Position numbers and translations under genes: made by a program. A DNA stretch of 64,000 nt from the human T2T-CHM13v2.0 reference genome, Homo sapiens, in NCBI RefSeq assembly GCF_009914755.1, contig NC_060925.1. One strand, written 5' to 3'. Under the pieces are notes generated by a model. It was not told the origin of the DNA and searched no databases. It saw only the letters and a list, made by a program, of their open reading frames with translations. Of the stretch, positions 16,010 through 31,655 are shown one piece after another (the first letter of the stretch is position 1; every line of letters starts with the position of its first letter).

Positions 16010-16120
16010 CAAAATGTTAGAGCTGGAAGGGACCTTGGAGAACACCTAGTTCAGCCCTCCTTGTTTTCCAGGTGAGGTCAGAGGAGTGAAGTGACTTGCC
16101 CAAGACCACACAGTGAGTCA
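16010..16120 (+). mobile_element. MIR fragment
   Basis: gagctggaagggaccttggagaac...gaagtgacttgcccaagaccacacagtgagt. Confidence 0.65.
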
Positions 16121-16296
16121 GGAGCAGGCCTGTCCCTCCAGCAGTGGTGCCATGTTGTCCCCAAGCCATGGTGGCAGAGGAGCTGGTGTGAACGCCCCAT
16201 CCTGCCACGTCTGTGATGTGGGCACCTCACATGACTGTCCCCTCCCAGCTCTTGGGGGGGACCTAGGACATTCTGTGAGCCTGCAGGAAAGTTTAC

Positions 16297-16420
16297 CAAA
16301 TGCTGCAGCTTTGTCCTGGTGGTGATGGGCACCCCGTTAACGGCAACCTTGCATTTGCTATGTGGAGTGACCGTCACTTTACCGTCGGCATTTGTGAAGG
16401 AAGCGTGTTTATCTGAAATT
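16297..16420 (-). pseudogene. KIF28P: Exon w12 (ISDKHASFTNADGKVTVTP...VNGVPITTRTKLQHL), FHA
   Basis: tcttcttag acceptor, TTG/GTAAAC donor, 124 nt; FHA SxxH and VNG motifs. Confidence 0.92.
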
Positions 16421-17903
16421 CTAAGAAGATGAGAGTCAAAGACACCCAGCAAACGGCGGTTTCCGTGAGCAGGTAGGCTGACCTTTCTCATGTGCACAGG
16501 AGGGAAGGTCTACAGCTGCGGAGGATGGCAGGTGGCATCTCGGGGCCTCCTGTGTGCTGTGGCCCATGATGCATGGGGACAGCAGCGGGCGCAGAAGGAC
16601 CCTGCCCTTGGGGAGCACGGGGAGCTGGGAGACAGCGGGCAAGGGCTTCATTAACAGAACGAACACCAGCTGAGGGCCTAGCACTGCGGGGAGCCGGCCA
16701 AGGCCACACTGGAGTCCTCCCGCTCCCAGGCCAGCGGGATGGGGTGGTGGGAAGATGGCAGCAAGCAAGCTTCAGAAGAGACGCTCAGGAGGCGACTCTT
16801 AACGAGCCTCACCTACTCCGGGTACGTTTTGATCTGTTTCTGCGCCCTCGCCGTATAAATTCAGACCTTATAGGATTTGGGGCTGGACGTCGGGGTGTCA
16901 GGTTGGCATCCCCTCTCCCCGCCCTGCTCCCCTGCACCGATGTCATCTGTGTGTCCTGAATGACTGGCTCCCTGCCTTAGCATGTTCCATGTTCCTGCAC
17001 TCCTTGGCCATCATGGAATGTTCTGGATGTGGAGACCCGTGTGCATCCAAACCCTTTTTTGCATGGGGCCCAGGGATCCTGTGGGAAAGGTTGCGGCCTC
17101 ATCACTGGAGTTCAGACATTTACGCACCTGTGCGTTGGACTAAGGACGTGTTCTGGAAAGGGACTTGAGGGGGATCCCCAGGAAGATGTCCCAAGAAGGA
17201 GGCTGGCAGTGCAGGACGAGGCGGGGCCAGCCGGCCCCTGGGTCAGCATCCCTCCAGCCACGACGGCCCGTGGGCTTTCGTACGGGGGCAGGGGGTGATC
17301 TGTCTGAAGGACGTAGGTGATGGTGCTTCCCAGCTGGAGAGCTGGAAGCAGGAGGAGGACACTCCAGCAGCAGCCTCCCAGGCAGGGCAGCCACAGAGCT
17401 GGGGACAGCTCTTGACTGGGTGAGGCCCGGCATGGGGTTTCCCAGGGCTCCTGCAGGGGCCTCCTGAGGGAGCCCTTGGGGTCACTCCACAGTCTGGGCT
17501 TTCTGTAGTCCGGTGGGTCAGGGCTCCAAGCACCAGGAGAGATCCAGGGATGCGCTTATGTTTGGGCCACCCCCGGTGGGCTTGTTCGTTCAGCCCCCTT
17601 CGTTTCCTGGCCTGCTCTACTTATATCTGTTTGTGAAGAATTATTACACAGAATCTAGAAACCAGCTTTCCCTTTTCTCCCAGGGTTGGAGCCCAGGAAG
17701 CAAACCAGCACTGCACTCTAGATTTCAGCCAGAGGACGAAAGCCCTGCCCTCAGCTTTCTCAGACCAGCCCTGGAGTAGGTGGCCCGGGGAGACCTGGGC
17801 AGTGTCCCTGCTTGTCCTGCAGACTGTGTGGCTCTGCAGACCTCTAGATGGAGGAGGCACAATTCTCTAATGCTGGACGAGGACACTGATCATGGAAACT
17901 CAC

Positions 17904-17958
17904 CCCAAACCTTGAATCGTGATAGCATTTGAGGCAGCCTGACCGGTGCCACATGAAC
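17904..17958 (-). pseudogene. KIF28P: Exon w11 (GSCGTGQAASNAITIQGLG), FHA
   Basis: ttcctttcag acceptor, GG/GTGAGT donor, 55 nt, phase 1 to 2 bridges w10 and w12 exactly. Confidence 0.85.
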
Positions 17959-18367
17959 CTGAAAGGAATCAAGATATAATTTATTTTGAAAATAAATCAG
18001 ACACTTTCAGAATTTGAGCGTAAGAAGTTAACATGTCTGATGCGTTGGAAGTGACGTTTTCTCTACAGTGGGATGGTACTGAAGGGATTTTTCCAGTTGG
18101 GATTTTCAATCATAATGGTACTTAGACATACTTTTCTTTCTGCCTTGTGTGTGGGGGGAAGAGCGGGGATGTTCCTAACTTTTAAAAAGTTCCACCTTCT
18201 TCATGAGCATTCTGGAGGAAGACACCATTAGGTCTGGGCCTTAGGAGACCCACTGAATACTGGCCACAGCAGAGGTTCTGGTGTTTGAAGCTCCGTTTCT
18301 GTGTAGTGACTGACCCCAAGGAGTGCAGACATGTCACCCCCCACATCCCCACATCCCACGGCCATCT

Positions 18368-18525
18368 CGCACGGAGCCCTCGCGGCCGCCCTGGGGGGTG
18401 CACGGAGCCCTCGCGGCGGCCCTGGGGGGTGCACGGAGCCCTTGCGGCCGTCCTTGGGGTGCTCGGAGCCCTCGTGGCCGTCCTGGGGGTGCACGGAGCC
18501 CTCGCGGCCGTCCTGGGGGTGCACA
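18368..18525. repeat. CpG-rich 30/31-bp minisatellite, about 5 copies
   Basis: Unit gcacggagccctcgcggccg(c/t)cctggggg(g)t. Confidence 0.92.
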
Positions 18526-18669
18526 GCCGGGGAGGGGAAGCCAGGGGCTCCTGCGGTTCTGGGCGCTGTGTTCCAACCTGTTCAGCACTCATTTAGGTCA
18601 GGAAGACAATTCAACAGCTGATGCCCTCCTCAGAAACCGCTAAACAAAAATGTAACAAGAACGATGCCA

Positions 18670-19520
18670 GGATAATAGATGAATAAAACGTGCTGTATAC
18701 ATCCGAGGGAATGGTTTTCAGCCTTCAAGAGGAAGGAAATTCTCACACATGCTACATGGATGCACCTTGAGGACATTCTGCTGAGGGCATAAGCCAGTGA
18801 GAGATGGATGAAAAGGTCCTTATCTGAGGTCCCCCATCGTCAAATCCACAGAGACAGAAGGTGGGACACTGGCTTCCAGGGCTGGAGGGGGAGGGGTTAT
18901 CTGAGGTCCCCCCATTGTCAAACGCACAGAGACAGAAGGTGGGACAGTGGCTGCTGGACTGGAGGGGGAGGGGTTATCTGAGGTCCCCCCATCCTCAAAC
19001 ACACAGAGACAGAAGGTGGGACACTGGCTCCCAGGGCTGGATGGGGAGGGGTTATCTGAGGTCCCCCCATCGTCAAACGCACAGAGACAGAAGGTGGGAC
19101 ACTGGCTCCCAGGGCTGGAGGGGGAGGGGTTAGCTGAGGTCCCCCATCCTCAAACACACAGAGACAGAAGGTGGGACAGTGGCTGCTGGTCTGGATGGGG
19201 AGGGGTTATCTGAGGTCCCCCCATCGTCAAACGCACAGAGACAGAAGGTAGGACACTGGCTCCCAGGGCTGGAGGGGGAGGGGTTATCTGAGGTCCCCCC
19301 ACTGTCAAACACACAGAGACAGAAGGTGGGACAGTGGCTCCCAGGGCTGGAGGGGGAGGGGCAGCTCCCGTTTCATGGGTACAGAGTTTCCGTCTGGGAA
19401 GATGAAAATGTACTGCAGATGGATGGTGGTGATGGTCACACAATATGAATGTACTTTATGCCACTGAGCTGTACTCTTAAAATGGTTCAAATGAACTTTA
19501 TGTATATTTTACCAAAATGA
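18670..19520 (+). mobile_element. Old L1 (L1MB-like) 3' end containing an internal minisatellite
   Basis: L1MB 3'UTR signatures: aggaaggaaattctcacacatgctacatggat...cttgaggacatt and gggtacagagtttc...gggaagatgaaaa...gatggatggtggtgatggt. Confidence 0.75.
18820..19360. repeat. ~77-bp minisatellite, 7 copies
   Basis: Unit ttatctgaggtccccccatcgtcaaac(a/g)cacagagacagaaggtgggaca(c/g)tggctcccagggctggagggggaggg. Confidence 0.95.
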
Positions 19521-19573
19521 AAAATATTTAAAAAACAAGAAAGAAAAGAAACATGCCTGTGGGGCAAGAAGCA

Positions 19574-19836
19574 TGGGAAGGGCGGGGACGGGGGGAGGGT
19601 AGGGGAGGGCGGGGTGGGGAGAAGGCAGGGCAGGGGCAGGGGGAGCACAGGGGGAGGGCAGGGTGGGGAGAAGGCAGGGCGGGGGCAGGGAAAGGAAGGG
19701 GGAGGGGAAGGACACGGAAAGGGAAGGGGGAGGGGAAGGGCAGGGAGGGGAGAGCAGGGGCAGGGGGAGGGCAGGGTTGGGGCAGGGGAAGGCAGGAGGG
19801 TGGGGTGGGGAGAGGGCAGGGCGGGGGCAGGGGGCC
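19574..19836 (+). repeat. G/purine-rich low-complexity tract (G-quadruplex-prone) next to the w10 donor
   Basis: Dense GGG/GGGG runs built from ggggca/ggggaa units. Confidence 0.85.
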
Positions 19837-19846
19837 GGCTGAGTAC

Positions 19847-19934
19847 CAGCTTGAATGAAGTACTTGAGCACCCTGGTGAGCTGAGGGTCCTCGCTGAGGT
19901 TAAGAAGGTGAGGGAAGGTCATCATCTGCCGCTC
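19847..19934 (-). pseudogene. KIF28P: Exon w10 (ERQMMTFPHLLNLSEDPQLTRVLKYFIQAG), FHA entry
   Basis: ttctcctgcag acceptor, G/GTACTC donor; PHLxNLxEDP motif of kinesin-3. Confidence 0.9.
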
Positions 19935-21068
19935 CTGCAGGAGAAGTGGAGAGGGTTGGGTGTCACCAGTCCGCACCAGCCCACTGGGGAGAGCAACACT
20001 TCTTTCCCGTCTCTGTGCACCTTGTCAACCCTCCTGGGGAGGGAGGAAAGCTGAGAGGGGCTGGGGCATTGCTGATGGTGGGGTGGAGTCTCAGGCAGGC
20101 CAGCCGTCAGGAGTCTGAGTACATCTGGACTGGACAGTTCCAAGGAGCTGTCTCCCGGCTGCCCTCCCCAGCTGTCTGCATGCCCCGCTCTGGTCCCCTG
20201 CCTGGGCAGCCCCTCCCCATGTCTCCATGCAGCCTCTCATTCTCCCGAAGTGCTGCTGGCTGGCTGAGAATCAGATGTTGATGGCAAAAAGTGGGGTATG
20301 GCACGAACCCTCGCCTGGCAACCTGAACATGTCATTTGTCCACACAAGGATTGTTGTGGCGTAGGGATTTGACAGTAAACAGAACGGGGATGATTATGCA
20401 GCCACGAGGAAGACTTTTACAGCTTGAAATCCTCTCTGACAAAGAGTAAAGAGGGCAAAAACCCTTCCAATTTTTACTGTATATGCAGAACCCAAAATCC
20501 CGTATTCCTCCATGTGACCTTACTTGACCCTTGAAGCTGAGAGTCCCAGCCACCACTTACACAGAACGTGACTCAGTACAGCCCTAACTCTCTGGTTTCC
20601 TGATGCCACAGACCCCACCCTGCTCCACCCCCCAGGCCCTGAGGCCGTAGTTAGGCAGTATGAGGTTCCGGAATCCCCAGCTCCAGTCCCCTAGTACTCC
20701 AGGTCTGATCCTCAACTTTGGGATTTTCCCAGGGCCTCGTGGCCACGGGGAGTGGGGTGGGGTGGAAGCCGGGGTGGCCAGGGGAGGCCGAAATTCAATC
20801 ACAGCCCATTTAGGGTGTGATATCATCAGCGAATGCCAGGATAGACACCCGGCCTTACGCCCTGCCAGGCCCCGAGTCCTCCCCGTTTCCCTCGCTGGCA
20901 TGCCCTGATGTTCTCTCCCTAGCTCTGCCAGTAGCATCATTACCAGTCACACATTACACATTCACCAAAAAAGCCTCGCCACAGTCGGGCCTGGCCAGCC
21001 AGACTGCAGCCTGTGCCTGGCCCCCTGCCCTGGGCTCAGCCTCCGCAGGTGGCGGAGGTGAAGCTCAC

Positions 21069-21151
21069 CTGGGCCCTCTCCAGCAGGTGTGCCCAGGTCA
21101 CCTGATCAGGAGTCCCCAGCTGCTGCTCTGCCTGGAGACAGGCCGACGGCT
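21069..21151 (-). pseudogene. KIF28P: Probable exon w9 (PSACLQAEQQLGTPDQVTWAHLLERAQ)
   Basis: ctccctccttccag acceptor, CAG/GTGAGC donor; phases fit w8 and w10; TWxxxLxxA resembles the kinesin-3 TWEEKL segment. Confidence 0.62.
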
Positions 21152-22287
21152 CTGGAAGGAGGGAGGCATTTTAAGCGGCGGGTCTGCGGTGCCAGGGGGA
21201 GTCACGGGATAGCTAGTGTGTCTCTGGCTCTGTTCTCAAAGCCCAGGATCCCGGCAGCAGCAGGAATGCAGCACACTTATGCGTGAAGACGAGATCTTTC
21301 GGTAAGTCCTACAAAGAGGACTTTTAATTCCCCTCCTAATTCGTAAGACGTTAGTGCAAGAAGGTCCTTTAAGGGGGAGGCATGAGTTCAGTGTTCTGTC
21401 TCTTATTTTTGTACTTGCTCAGGCTTGTGAGGGCGTTTCATGTGATTCCTTGCTACAGGGAATTGCCATGGGGTCGGGGGATTCGGGAAGAATCATAGGC
21501 TTACACTGTTTTCCACATAGTCCGTGTCTGTGCTTGAGAGCAGTGGGGGTTAGGTGCTACGCGTAGGTCCACATCTGGCATGTCCAGTTTTTGATGGTAC
21601 GGAGATTTGTGACAGGCAGAGCCAGGCCCAGGCCAGTCACACACACGTGTGCACCGATTCTGATTTAGGGAGCGCTTTGTTGAGGCTGAAGCCTCAGCGA
21701 GTCGGGTCGTGTGCCTGGGAATGGGCCAGGTGGGGCTCGGGGCTGGCCCACCCTCTGTCTGAGCCTTTGGGTAGCCTGGCATGATGGGTAGGGCATGGGG
21801 CGCAGGAGGTTCTGCCACTACTCGAGGGTCCCCAGGAGGGAGGGAGACCGTTCGATATTGCTGCTTTGATACCGGACGTTCATGCCAATTTCACCTCAGT
21901 AGTTTTATTTTACCTTTTTTTCATCTCATTTTAAATCATTAATGAGCATAAAACGATATATATCTTTATGCTGCCAAACTGCAATTGAAGGTCTGTACCT
22001 ATCACAGGGGTTCTCGATAATTGCGCACGTTGGAACCACCTGGGGCCCTTTAGCGCTGACGGCTGCCCGGGATTCTGGTTTCTGAGGTTGGGCGGAGCCC
22101 TGTCACCAGGTGGCTGGGATGCACAGCCAGGGTGGAGCTCTGTCTTGCTGGAGGTGGCCAACCCTCCATGGGCTTCCAGCGTCATCTCTCCGCAGGAAGC
22201 CCTCAGCGGGCAGACATCAGGTGGCCACTGTCCAAATCTGGTAAGGAAAAACATCCTGGGAGAAAGAATGTTCTCAAAATAAAAATG

Positions 22288-22452
22288 AGGCTGGTCGCGG
22301 TGGCTCACGCCTGTAACCCCAGCACTTCTCGAAGCCGAGGCAGGAGGATTACTTGAGCCCAGGAGATTTGAGGCTGTCGTAAGTGGTGATCACACCTCTG
22401 CACTCGAGCCCGGGTGACAGAGCAGACCCTGTCTCAAATACTAAATAAATAA
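22288..22452 (+). mobile_element. Alu monomer (FAM/FRAM-like)
   Basis: Single arm with A tail. Confidence 0.75.
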
Positions 22453-22476
22453 AATGTCAATAAAAATGAGAGTAAG

Positions 22477-22807
<331 letters not shown>

Positions 22808-23025
22808 CTATTATTCCTCACAACTGCAAGTGAGTCTACGTTTATCTCAAAGTTTTTTTTTAAAAGGATGGAACCACAATATCCTGGACAAAGCCCCAGT
22901 GCTCCCCACTGTGCCCCAGCCACCCCTCAGATTCAAATCCAGGTGCTCCCTCCACCCCCGGCCCCAGGCTTCGGCCAGGTCAGACCCCCCCGTTGCTCAG
23001 GGCATCGGCCCCTGACTCGGTTTAC

Positions 23026-23135
23026 CTGACATTATGGAGTTTCTGCATCAGGGCAGCAGCTTGCTGTTCTCCGCCCTTGACTTTCTCATCAGTGTCCAGG
23101 TGTTGGCCACTGCTCTGTTCCGGATCTTTTAAGCC
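23026..23135 (-). pseudogene. KIF28P: Exon w8, end of motor/neck (A*KIRNRAVANTWTLMRKSRAENSKLLP*...)
   Basis: KIxNxAVxN neck motif and CAG/GTAAAC donor; weak AAG acceptor; TAA at 23129-23131 and TGA at 23048-23050. Confidence 0.78.
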
Positions 23136-23559
23136 CTTTCATGTGCAAAGATGGACACACTCTTAGGCTTGGAGCCCCTTGCTGGAGCAGCAGCACCCCC
23201 AGGGCACACTCAGGTCTCCCCCCGCCCCCCTCCCCGCCAGATGACTTGAGATTCCGCACCAGGTCTGGTTCCATTCAACCATTAAGACCAAAGTGACTTG
23301 AATCGCCTGCACAGTTCAAATAAACACGTGCAGCTCAGCCAGCCCGGACCTCAGCCCCTGACGTGTCCTGGGACCTGAACACAGTCAGCCAATTGGGCTG
23401 ACTTGGTTAACCTAAGAACCTGCCCAATCCCTGTGGCTGCTGAAATTAACTCCTGGCCTGGAGGCTGTCCGGAGGCTCAGCTCTGCGCCTGCGCCAGGCT
23501 GGGAGGAGCCTCAGAGGTGTTCTAGGTCACTCCTTCCGATGTCGTCAGAGAAAACAGAT

Positions 23560-23663
23560 GCCCCCAAATAGTGCATGGGATATACAGTAAAACATGCCTT
23601 GTTCTCTGAAATTTCAATGTAACCAAGCACCTTGTATTTTTATTTGCTAAATCTGGTAACTGT
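23560..23663. mobile_element. MER53-like fragment
   Basis: atagtgcatgggatatac...ttgtattttttatttgctaaatctggtaac. Confidence 0.55.
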
Positions 23664-25326
23664 ACCCCTTTCGTTTTACACAGGGGAGATGGAATCAGAG
23701 TTTACAAGTCCCACGGGCCGCGGGCACCATTTTCTCTTTCCTCTGTATCACATGGTCTCTTGTGTAAAAACTGGGAGCAACAGATTTGCATCTGATAAGC
23801 AGGGAGAAAACAAACGTTCTGGATACTGCTTAAGGCAAAATTCGATCTAAAGCTCTGAGCTTGGGCTGGGCATGGTGGCTCACACCTGTAATCCTGGTAC
23901 TTTGGGAGGCCGAGGAGGGAGGATCACTTGAGTCTGGGAGGTTGAGGATGCCATGAGCCATGATTGTGCCACTGTACCCCAAGCTGGGTGACAGGGTGAC
24001 ACCCTATCTCAGAAAATAAACATAAAACCTGAGCTTGTGTCAGATGCTGGAAGAAAATGCCTCATGGTGTGCCACAATACCGAGGCTGTGCAGTGAGGAA
24101 TGAGAAGGAAGACATTTGTCACCAACATGCAAGTGTTGCTGTGCTGAGAAGAGGGCCAGAGAAAAGACCAGAACGGGAGGCAGCTCCTGGGTGGCACAGT
24201 CATAACCACAGTTCCCAAGCCTCACTCACACACCAGGCAGAACTCTGCTAGGCACAGTTCACACATGACCTCCTGTGGTCCTCTCCCCAGCGCTGTGAAT
24301 GAGGAATGCTGGCTCAGTGTAACAGGTGATAGGGGAGAGGTTCTATTTCTTGCCCGTGGTCACAGCTGCTAGGGCCAGACTCTGTCTGACCTCTAAGCCC
24401 ATAGACCTGGTGAATGACATATCAGGGCTGGCAAGTAAGTTTCACCTCACATGCCAACTCCAGCTGCCCAGAACCAGGCCTGACAGTCCCAGTCTCCTGC
24501 CCGGACTCGGTGGGGAGCTGGGCTGGTGGATTCCCAAGGCCGGCCTTCGCCTAAGGAGGGGTAGGCAGCATGTGGGGACGGTCCTACCATGGCCACAGAC
24601 TCTCCTCTCCCCACACCTCCCTTTCTTAGAAGGTTCAGGAGAGCAGACTTGGTACGAGCTGCAGAGGCCGAGGAGCAGGAACTCGGCTTGGTGACAGCCT
24701 CCCGTAGTGCTGACCAAGTGGACCTGTCTCCCAGCCAGGTGGGTGGGAAGGAACCTGGCAGTGACAGCCCCTCCCTCCCTGGTGACTCCTGCGGCCATCA
24801 GGCCACCTCCACAGACTGCAGTGTGCAGAGTGGACCCTGGGAAGTGCGGTAACTGACAGTGTGGAGAGCTGGTCTGTGCAGGGGCTGCAGGGCTGCCCAG
24901 CGAGTGGCTCTGACCGAGGCGCTGTCGCTTACAGAGCTCATCTTCGTCATTAGCACAAAAATCCCCTTGTCTGGCACCACGCCCTGTGTGACAAAAGGAG
25001 AAAGCTGTGAATAGCCGTGCTATTCGGCAGGAAAATACAGGGACAGATCAAACCAATCACATCAGGACCAGCATCCGTGCCGCCCCCATCCCTGAGCCCC
25101 CAGTTCTGCTCCCATCCAGGACCCAGTGACACAGCCCTGCCCTGAGGCTCCGGGTCTCCATTCTTTCCCTCGTGTTTTAGTTCCTTTCATTCCTCTCTCT
25201 CAGGTCGTTTTGTTTTCCTCCTGGACCCCCTTCCCAATGGCAACCCCTGCAGTCTAAGAGCACTGACAGACTTTGCTAGATTTAGAACGTAGAACCACCA
25301 TGGATGATAAATATTCACAGACGTAC

Positions 25327-25394
25327 CTTTCCGCATATCCCAATGTTGATAGAGTTTCCTCATAGCAGATGTCAGCTGGACTTACGGCTGCGAT
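25327..25394 (-). pseudogene. KIF28P: Exon w7 (IAAVSPADICYEETLSTLGYAER)
   Basis: ttttcacag acceptor, AG/GTACGT donor, 68 nt; SPA...ETLSTL motif. Confidence 0.9.
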
Positions 25395-25759
25395 CTGTGA
25401 AAACAGCCCTTTCAGACTTTGTTACTTATAGAGGAGTTTATTGTTATTAAAGCAGCTCGTATTCACAGGGCAGTTTGGCATCTTGTAATTTATGATATTG
25501 TTCCAAATTTACAGTTTAGAAATGGTGGCTTAGAGGAATGCCTGAGGCCACTTGCTGAGCTGGGGCTCGAACCCACCCCTGCCTAACTCATACCTGTGCT
25601 GCCAGCTGTGAGACTGACCGCCCTTGGGACTGAGTCCTCCGTGGACTCCCTCAGGGGCCTGAGTGACGGTTGAATGTTAGTCTCACAGAGACCTTGCTCG
25701 TTTTGTGACAGCCACTTGTATGGTTTCAAGCCTGGCTGTTGACTTTATTTATACTTACA

Positions 25760-26045
25760 TTTTTTTGAGACAGGGTCTCACTCTGTCACCCTGGCTGGAG
25801 TGTGGTGGAGCAATCATGGCTCGCAGCCTTGACTTCCTGGGCTCAGGTGGTCCTCCTGCCTCAGCCTCCAGAGTAGCTGGGACTACAGGCATGCACCACC
25901 ACACTCGGCTAATTTTTGTGTTTTTTGTAGAGACAGGGTCTCTCTGTGTTGCCCAGGCTGGCGTTGAACTCCTGGGCTCAAGGGATATGCCCACCTCAGT
26001 CTCCCAAATTGCTGGGATTACAGGTATGAGCCATTGTGCCTGGCC
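25760..26045 (-). mobile_element. AluJ
   Basis: Reverse dimer. Confidence 0.88.
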
Positions 26046-26448
26046 TTGACTTTGGATTGATTGTTCCAGAATTCAGAAAAGTTTTCAACTCAGAAGCAAA
26101 CTTAGTGATGATTGGGTGGGCAGGTCACTGAGGATGGCTGGGGAGGGTGGCTGAGGGTGGCTGTGGCAGCTGCCATGTGGCAGCACATCCTCTGTGGGCT
26201 GGGAGGCCCGGGACCCAGAGCTCTGGGAGCCCAGGAAGTAATTATTTACATTTGTCTAACTTCACAGCTTTTAAAGCTTGTTCGGTTACGCCATCTCATT
26301 TAATCATCATGGCAATATTTTCAGGTGGATTTTTATCACCACTAAAAATTAAGGCTGTAAGACATTTGTGTTAAAACTGGGATTGGCGCCATAGAGACTG
26401 GAGAGCTTGGCTGTCGGCCTTGCAGGTTCTCTGTTCTCTTTGCTTCTT

Positions 26449-26632
26449 GAGATAATGGATGCCACCCTCTGCCTCTCCCCAGCCTGCTCCTTTGTTAAAG
26501 CTTGCGGGTTCCTGAGATGATGGATGCCACCCTCGGCCACTCCTGAGCACACTCCTTTGTTAAAGCTTGTGGGTTCCTGAGATGATGGATACCCACCCTC
26601 GGCCTCTCCCAAGCACGCTCCTTTGTGAAAGC
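26449..26632. repeat. 65-bp tandem repeat, about 2.8 copies
   Basis: gagat(a/g)atggatgccaccctc... at 26449, 26514 and 26579. Confidence 0.88.
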
Positions 26633-27417
26633 ACTGCACTGCCCTCAGGCAGCCCCTGTCAAGTCTTGCAGGTCTGGGCGTCTCGGTGGCTTGGCACACA
26701 TCTGCTGAGACCCGCTAGGTTGAATGTTGTAGGTTAACGTTCAAAGAGCATCTTACAGGCCTTCTTGTGTCCCAGGTTTTTGGGGAGATGTCCCGTTGAG
26801 GCCCACAGGTAACTGACAACCAGAAAAACTTTAAAATGAAGTATTGAAACTGGTCAGGATTGAGTGATAAAGAGTAAGGTTGTGTTTTACTGTGGATTTT
26901 GGAGAGAAATGCATGTAACTGGTCCCGACAGGGAGCATTTCTCTCCTAAGCAGGACAGCAGAGTGGAGGCCAGCGCCAGGCTGGGGGCAGAGTTCACCCC
27001 ATTTTGTCCCTCCCTGCAGCTGAAGCAGAAGAGCAGAGTCCTGATTTTAACACATTCCACACTGTACCCACTTGGCAAACATTCGATAATGTGATTCCAG
27101 AGCCTTTGCTGAGATAACGCGGTGCAGCTGCTCTCCAGGGTGAACACACAGTCACACTGATTTCCAGCCTTGCCGGGGATGACTGCTAACTTAGAATAAC
27201 ATGACATTGCTAGTTGTTTTTTTTTTTTTAATGGTACTAGTTTTTTTCCTGATAATAAAAGTAACATATATTCCTTGTAGAGAACTTAAACTACAGAAAA
27301 GAATAAATTTAAAAATTAGTAATACAGAAACATTGTTTGAACATTGTACTAGAGTACCAGAAGTTACAAGATAATGGTAGGTCATCATTTGTTAGTCCTG
27401 AGGGGGAAACCAAACAA

Positions 27418-27721
<304 letters not shown>

Positions 27722-27835
27722 TCAATGCAAAGTCCTGTGTTATATGACAGGTGTATTGGGAATAATTTAATCACAACAGCAACAACAACTATAATAGCAG
27801 AATCCGTGTGAAATGTTGTAAGAAAGCTATTTTAC

Positions 27836-27947
27836 CAAAGCGGTTCTGCTGTTCCCACCCAGAGCTGACTGGAGCAGTTTGGTCAGAACAGAATCTCTGT
27901 ATGGAATGTGCAAGACCTTCTTCCCCATAGCTGCGTCAGCCAGAACA
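27836..27947 (-). pseudogene. KIF28P: Exon w6 ([37 protein letters not shown])
   Basis: tttctttcag acceptor, TTG/GTAAAA donor, 112 nt; HIPYRDS and LGGNSRT motifs. Confidence 0.93.
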
Positions 27948-28506
27948 CTGAAAGAAAAAGAAGATTCAAGACAGAAAAAGAATGCCTCAAGAAGAAATCC
28001 ACCTCCCGTGGGATGAGTTGGAAATGGCTCCCACATCCCCTCTTTGGCCCCATAAGCCTGACGATCATATCCAACAGTAGAGATGCCTTCTGTCATCGAT
28101 GCTGGAGTAAGCTAGCTAACCACGGGCCTGACTCCTCCGAAATCAACCGTAGAGAAGCCATAACCTAGAGGAGGAAGCCCAGGTCTGAGGAACAAACACA
28201 CCCACACCTGCGAGGAAAACTCGAAGAGCCTGCAGGCTACCATAGTTTGTGTGTAGAGAATGAGCTGCAATTCAAGGAAGGAGGTGCCAGGCCTGACAGT
28301 GTGCAGATAGGTTTGGGGGGTAGTTTTAGGGTCTTTTCTTGCCTCTCTCTCTCATGCTGCCTTAAGATCCCATAAAGTTAGGACCACAGCCTCAGGATAG
28401 GGGTGAGTGAGAAGCCCCTGCCCTGCTCCAGGGGCCACAAAGAAAGCAGTGTTGGCACTGAAGAGAGCGGGGAAGAGTGCAGGGAAATCCCACCCGTGAG
28501 AAATTA

Positions 28507-30020
<1,514 letters not shown>

Positions 30021-30706
30021 GCGAAAAGCATATAGACAATCACTGGGGGAAGGAGGGACTACTCAACAAATGAAACTGGAAAGATTGGTAATCTATAAGG
30101 AAAAAGGATGAAAAGGATGCCTACCTTACATCAAACACAGAAATCAACTCCGGACCGATAGGAACTTAATGTAATATAGGTGGTTACCTTTCTAACTCTA
30201 ATTTTCTTAAACAGGAAACAAATGCAAAGCATAAACCATAATCATAACTTCTGCTCATCAACAAACACCTTAAAGTGGAAAGACAAGCTACTAACTGGGA
30301 GAGATACTTACAATACTTTTACTTGAGAAAAGAATAATATGTAAAGAATGCCTACAAGCCAATACAAAGGCAATGACTCAAGAGAATAATAGAAAAAAAT
30401 AACAGGCATTGCAAGAGGAAATATATTGCTAAGAAACACATAAAGATGCTTAAACTCGTTAGTAACCAGGAATATCAAGACCATAGTAAGATTTATTTGC
30501 ACCAATTTAATTGGTAAATATAAAGAAATCTGATAACATCAAGTCTTAGAAAAGATGTAGATCAATCCGATATCTAATACATTGCTGCTGGGAATGTAAA
30601 TTGGTCCAACTATTTTGGAAAAGTTTGTTAACATCTTTCCAAATTGGGTATTCATACACCTTCTAACCCAACAATTTTAGTTATTGTCTATACTCAAACT
30701 TCAATA

Positions 30707-31655
<949 letters not shown>

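Noticed and set aside
14500-18000. Antisense lncRNA (LINC01341 is recalled to overlap KIF28P); TATAAA near 16854 and AATAAA at 17991 on the plus strand
   Set aside because: Exons cannot be placed from sequence alone and isolated hexamers are weak evidence; transcript data are needed.
19509-19846. Proline-rich extension of w10 (GTQPAPCPRPALSPPHP...)
   Set aside because: Intron read-through of a low-complexity tract; the 55-nt exon w11 supplies the FHA sequence with correct phases.
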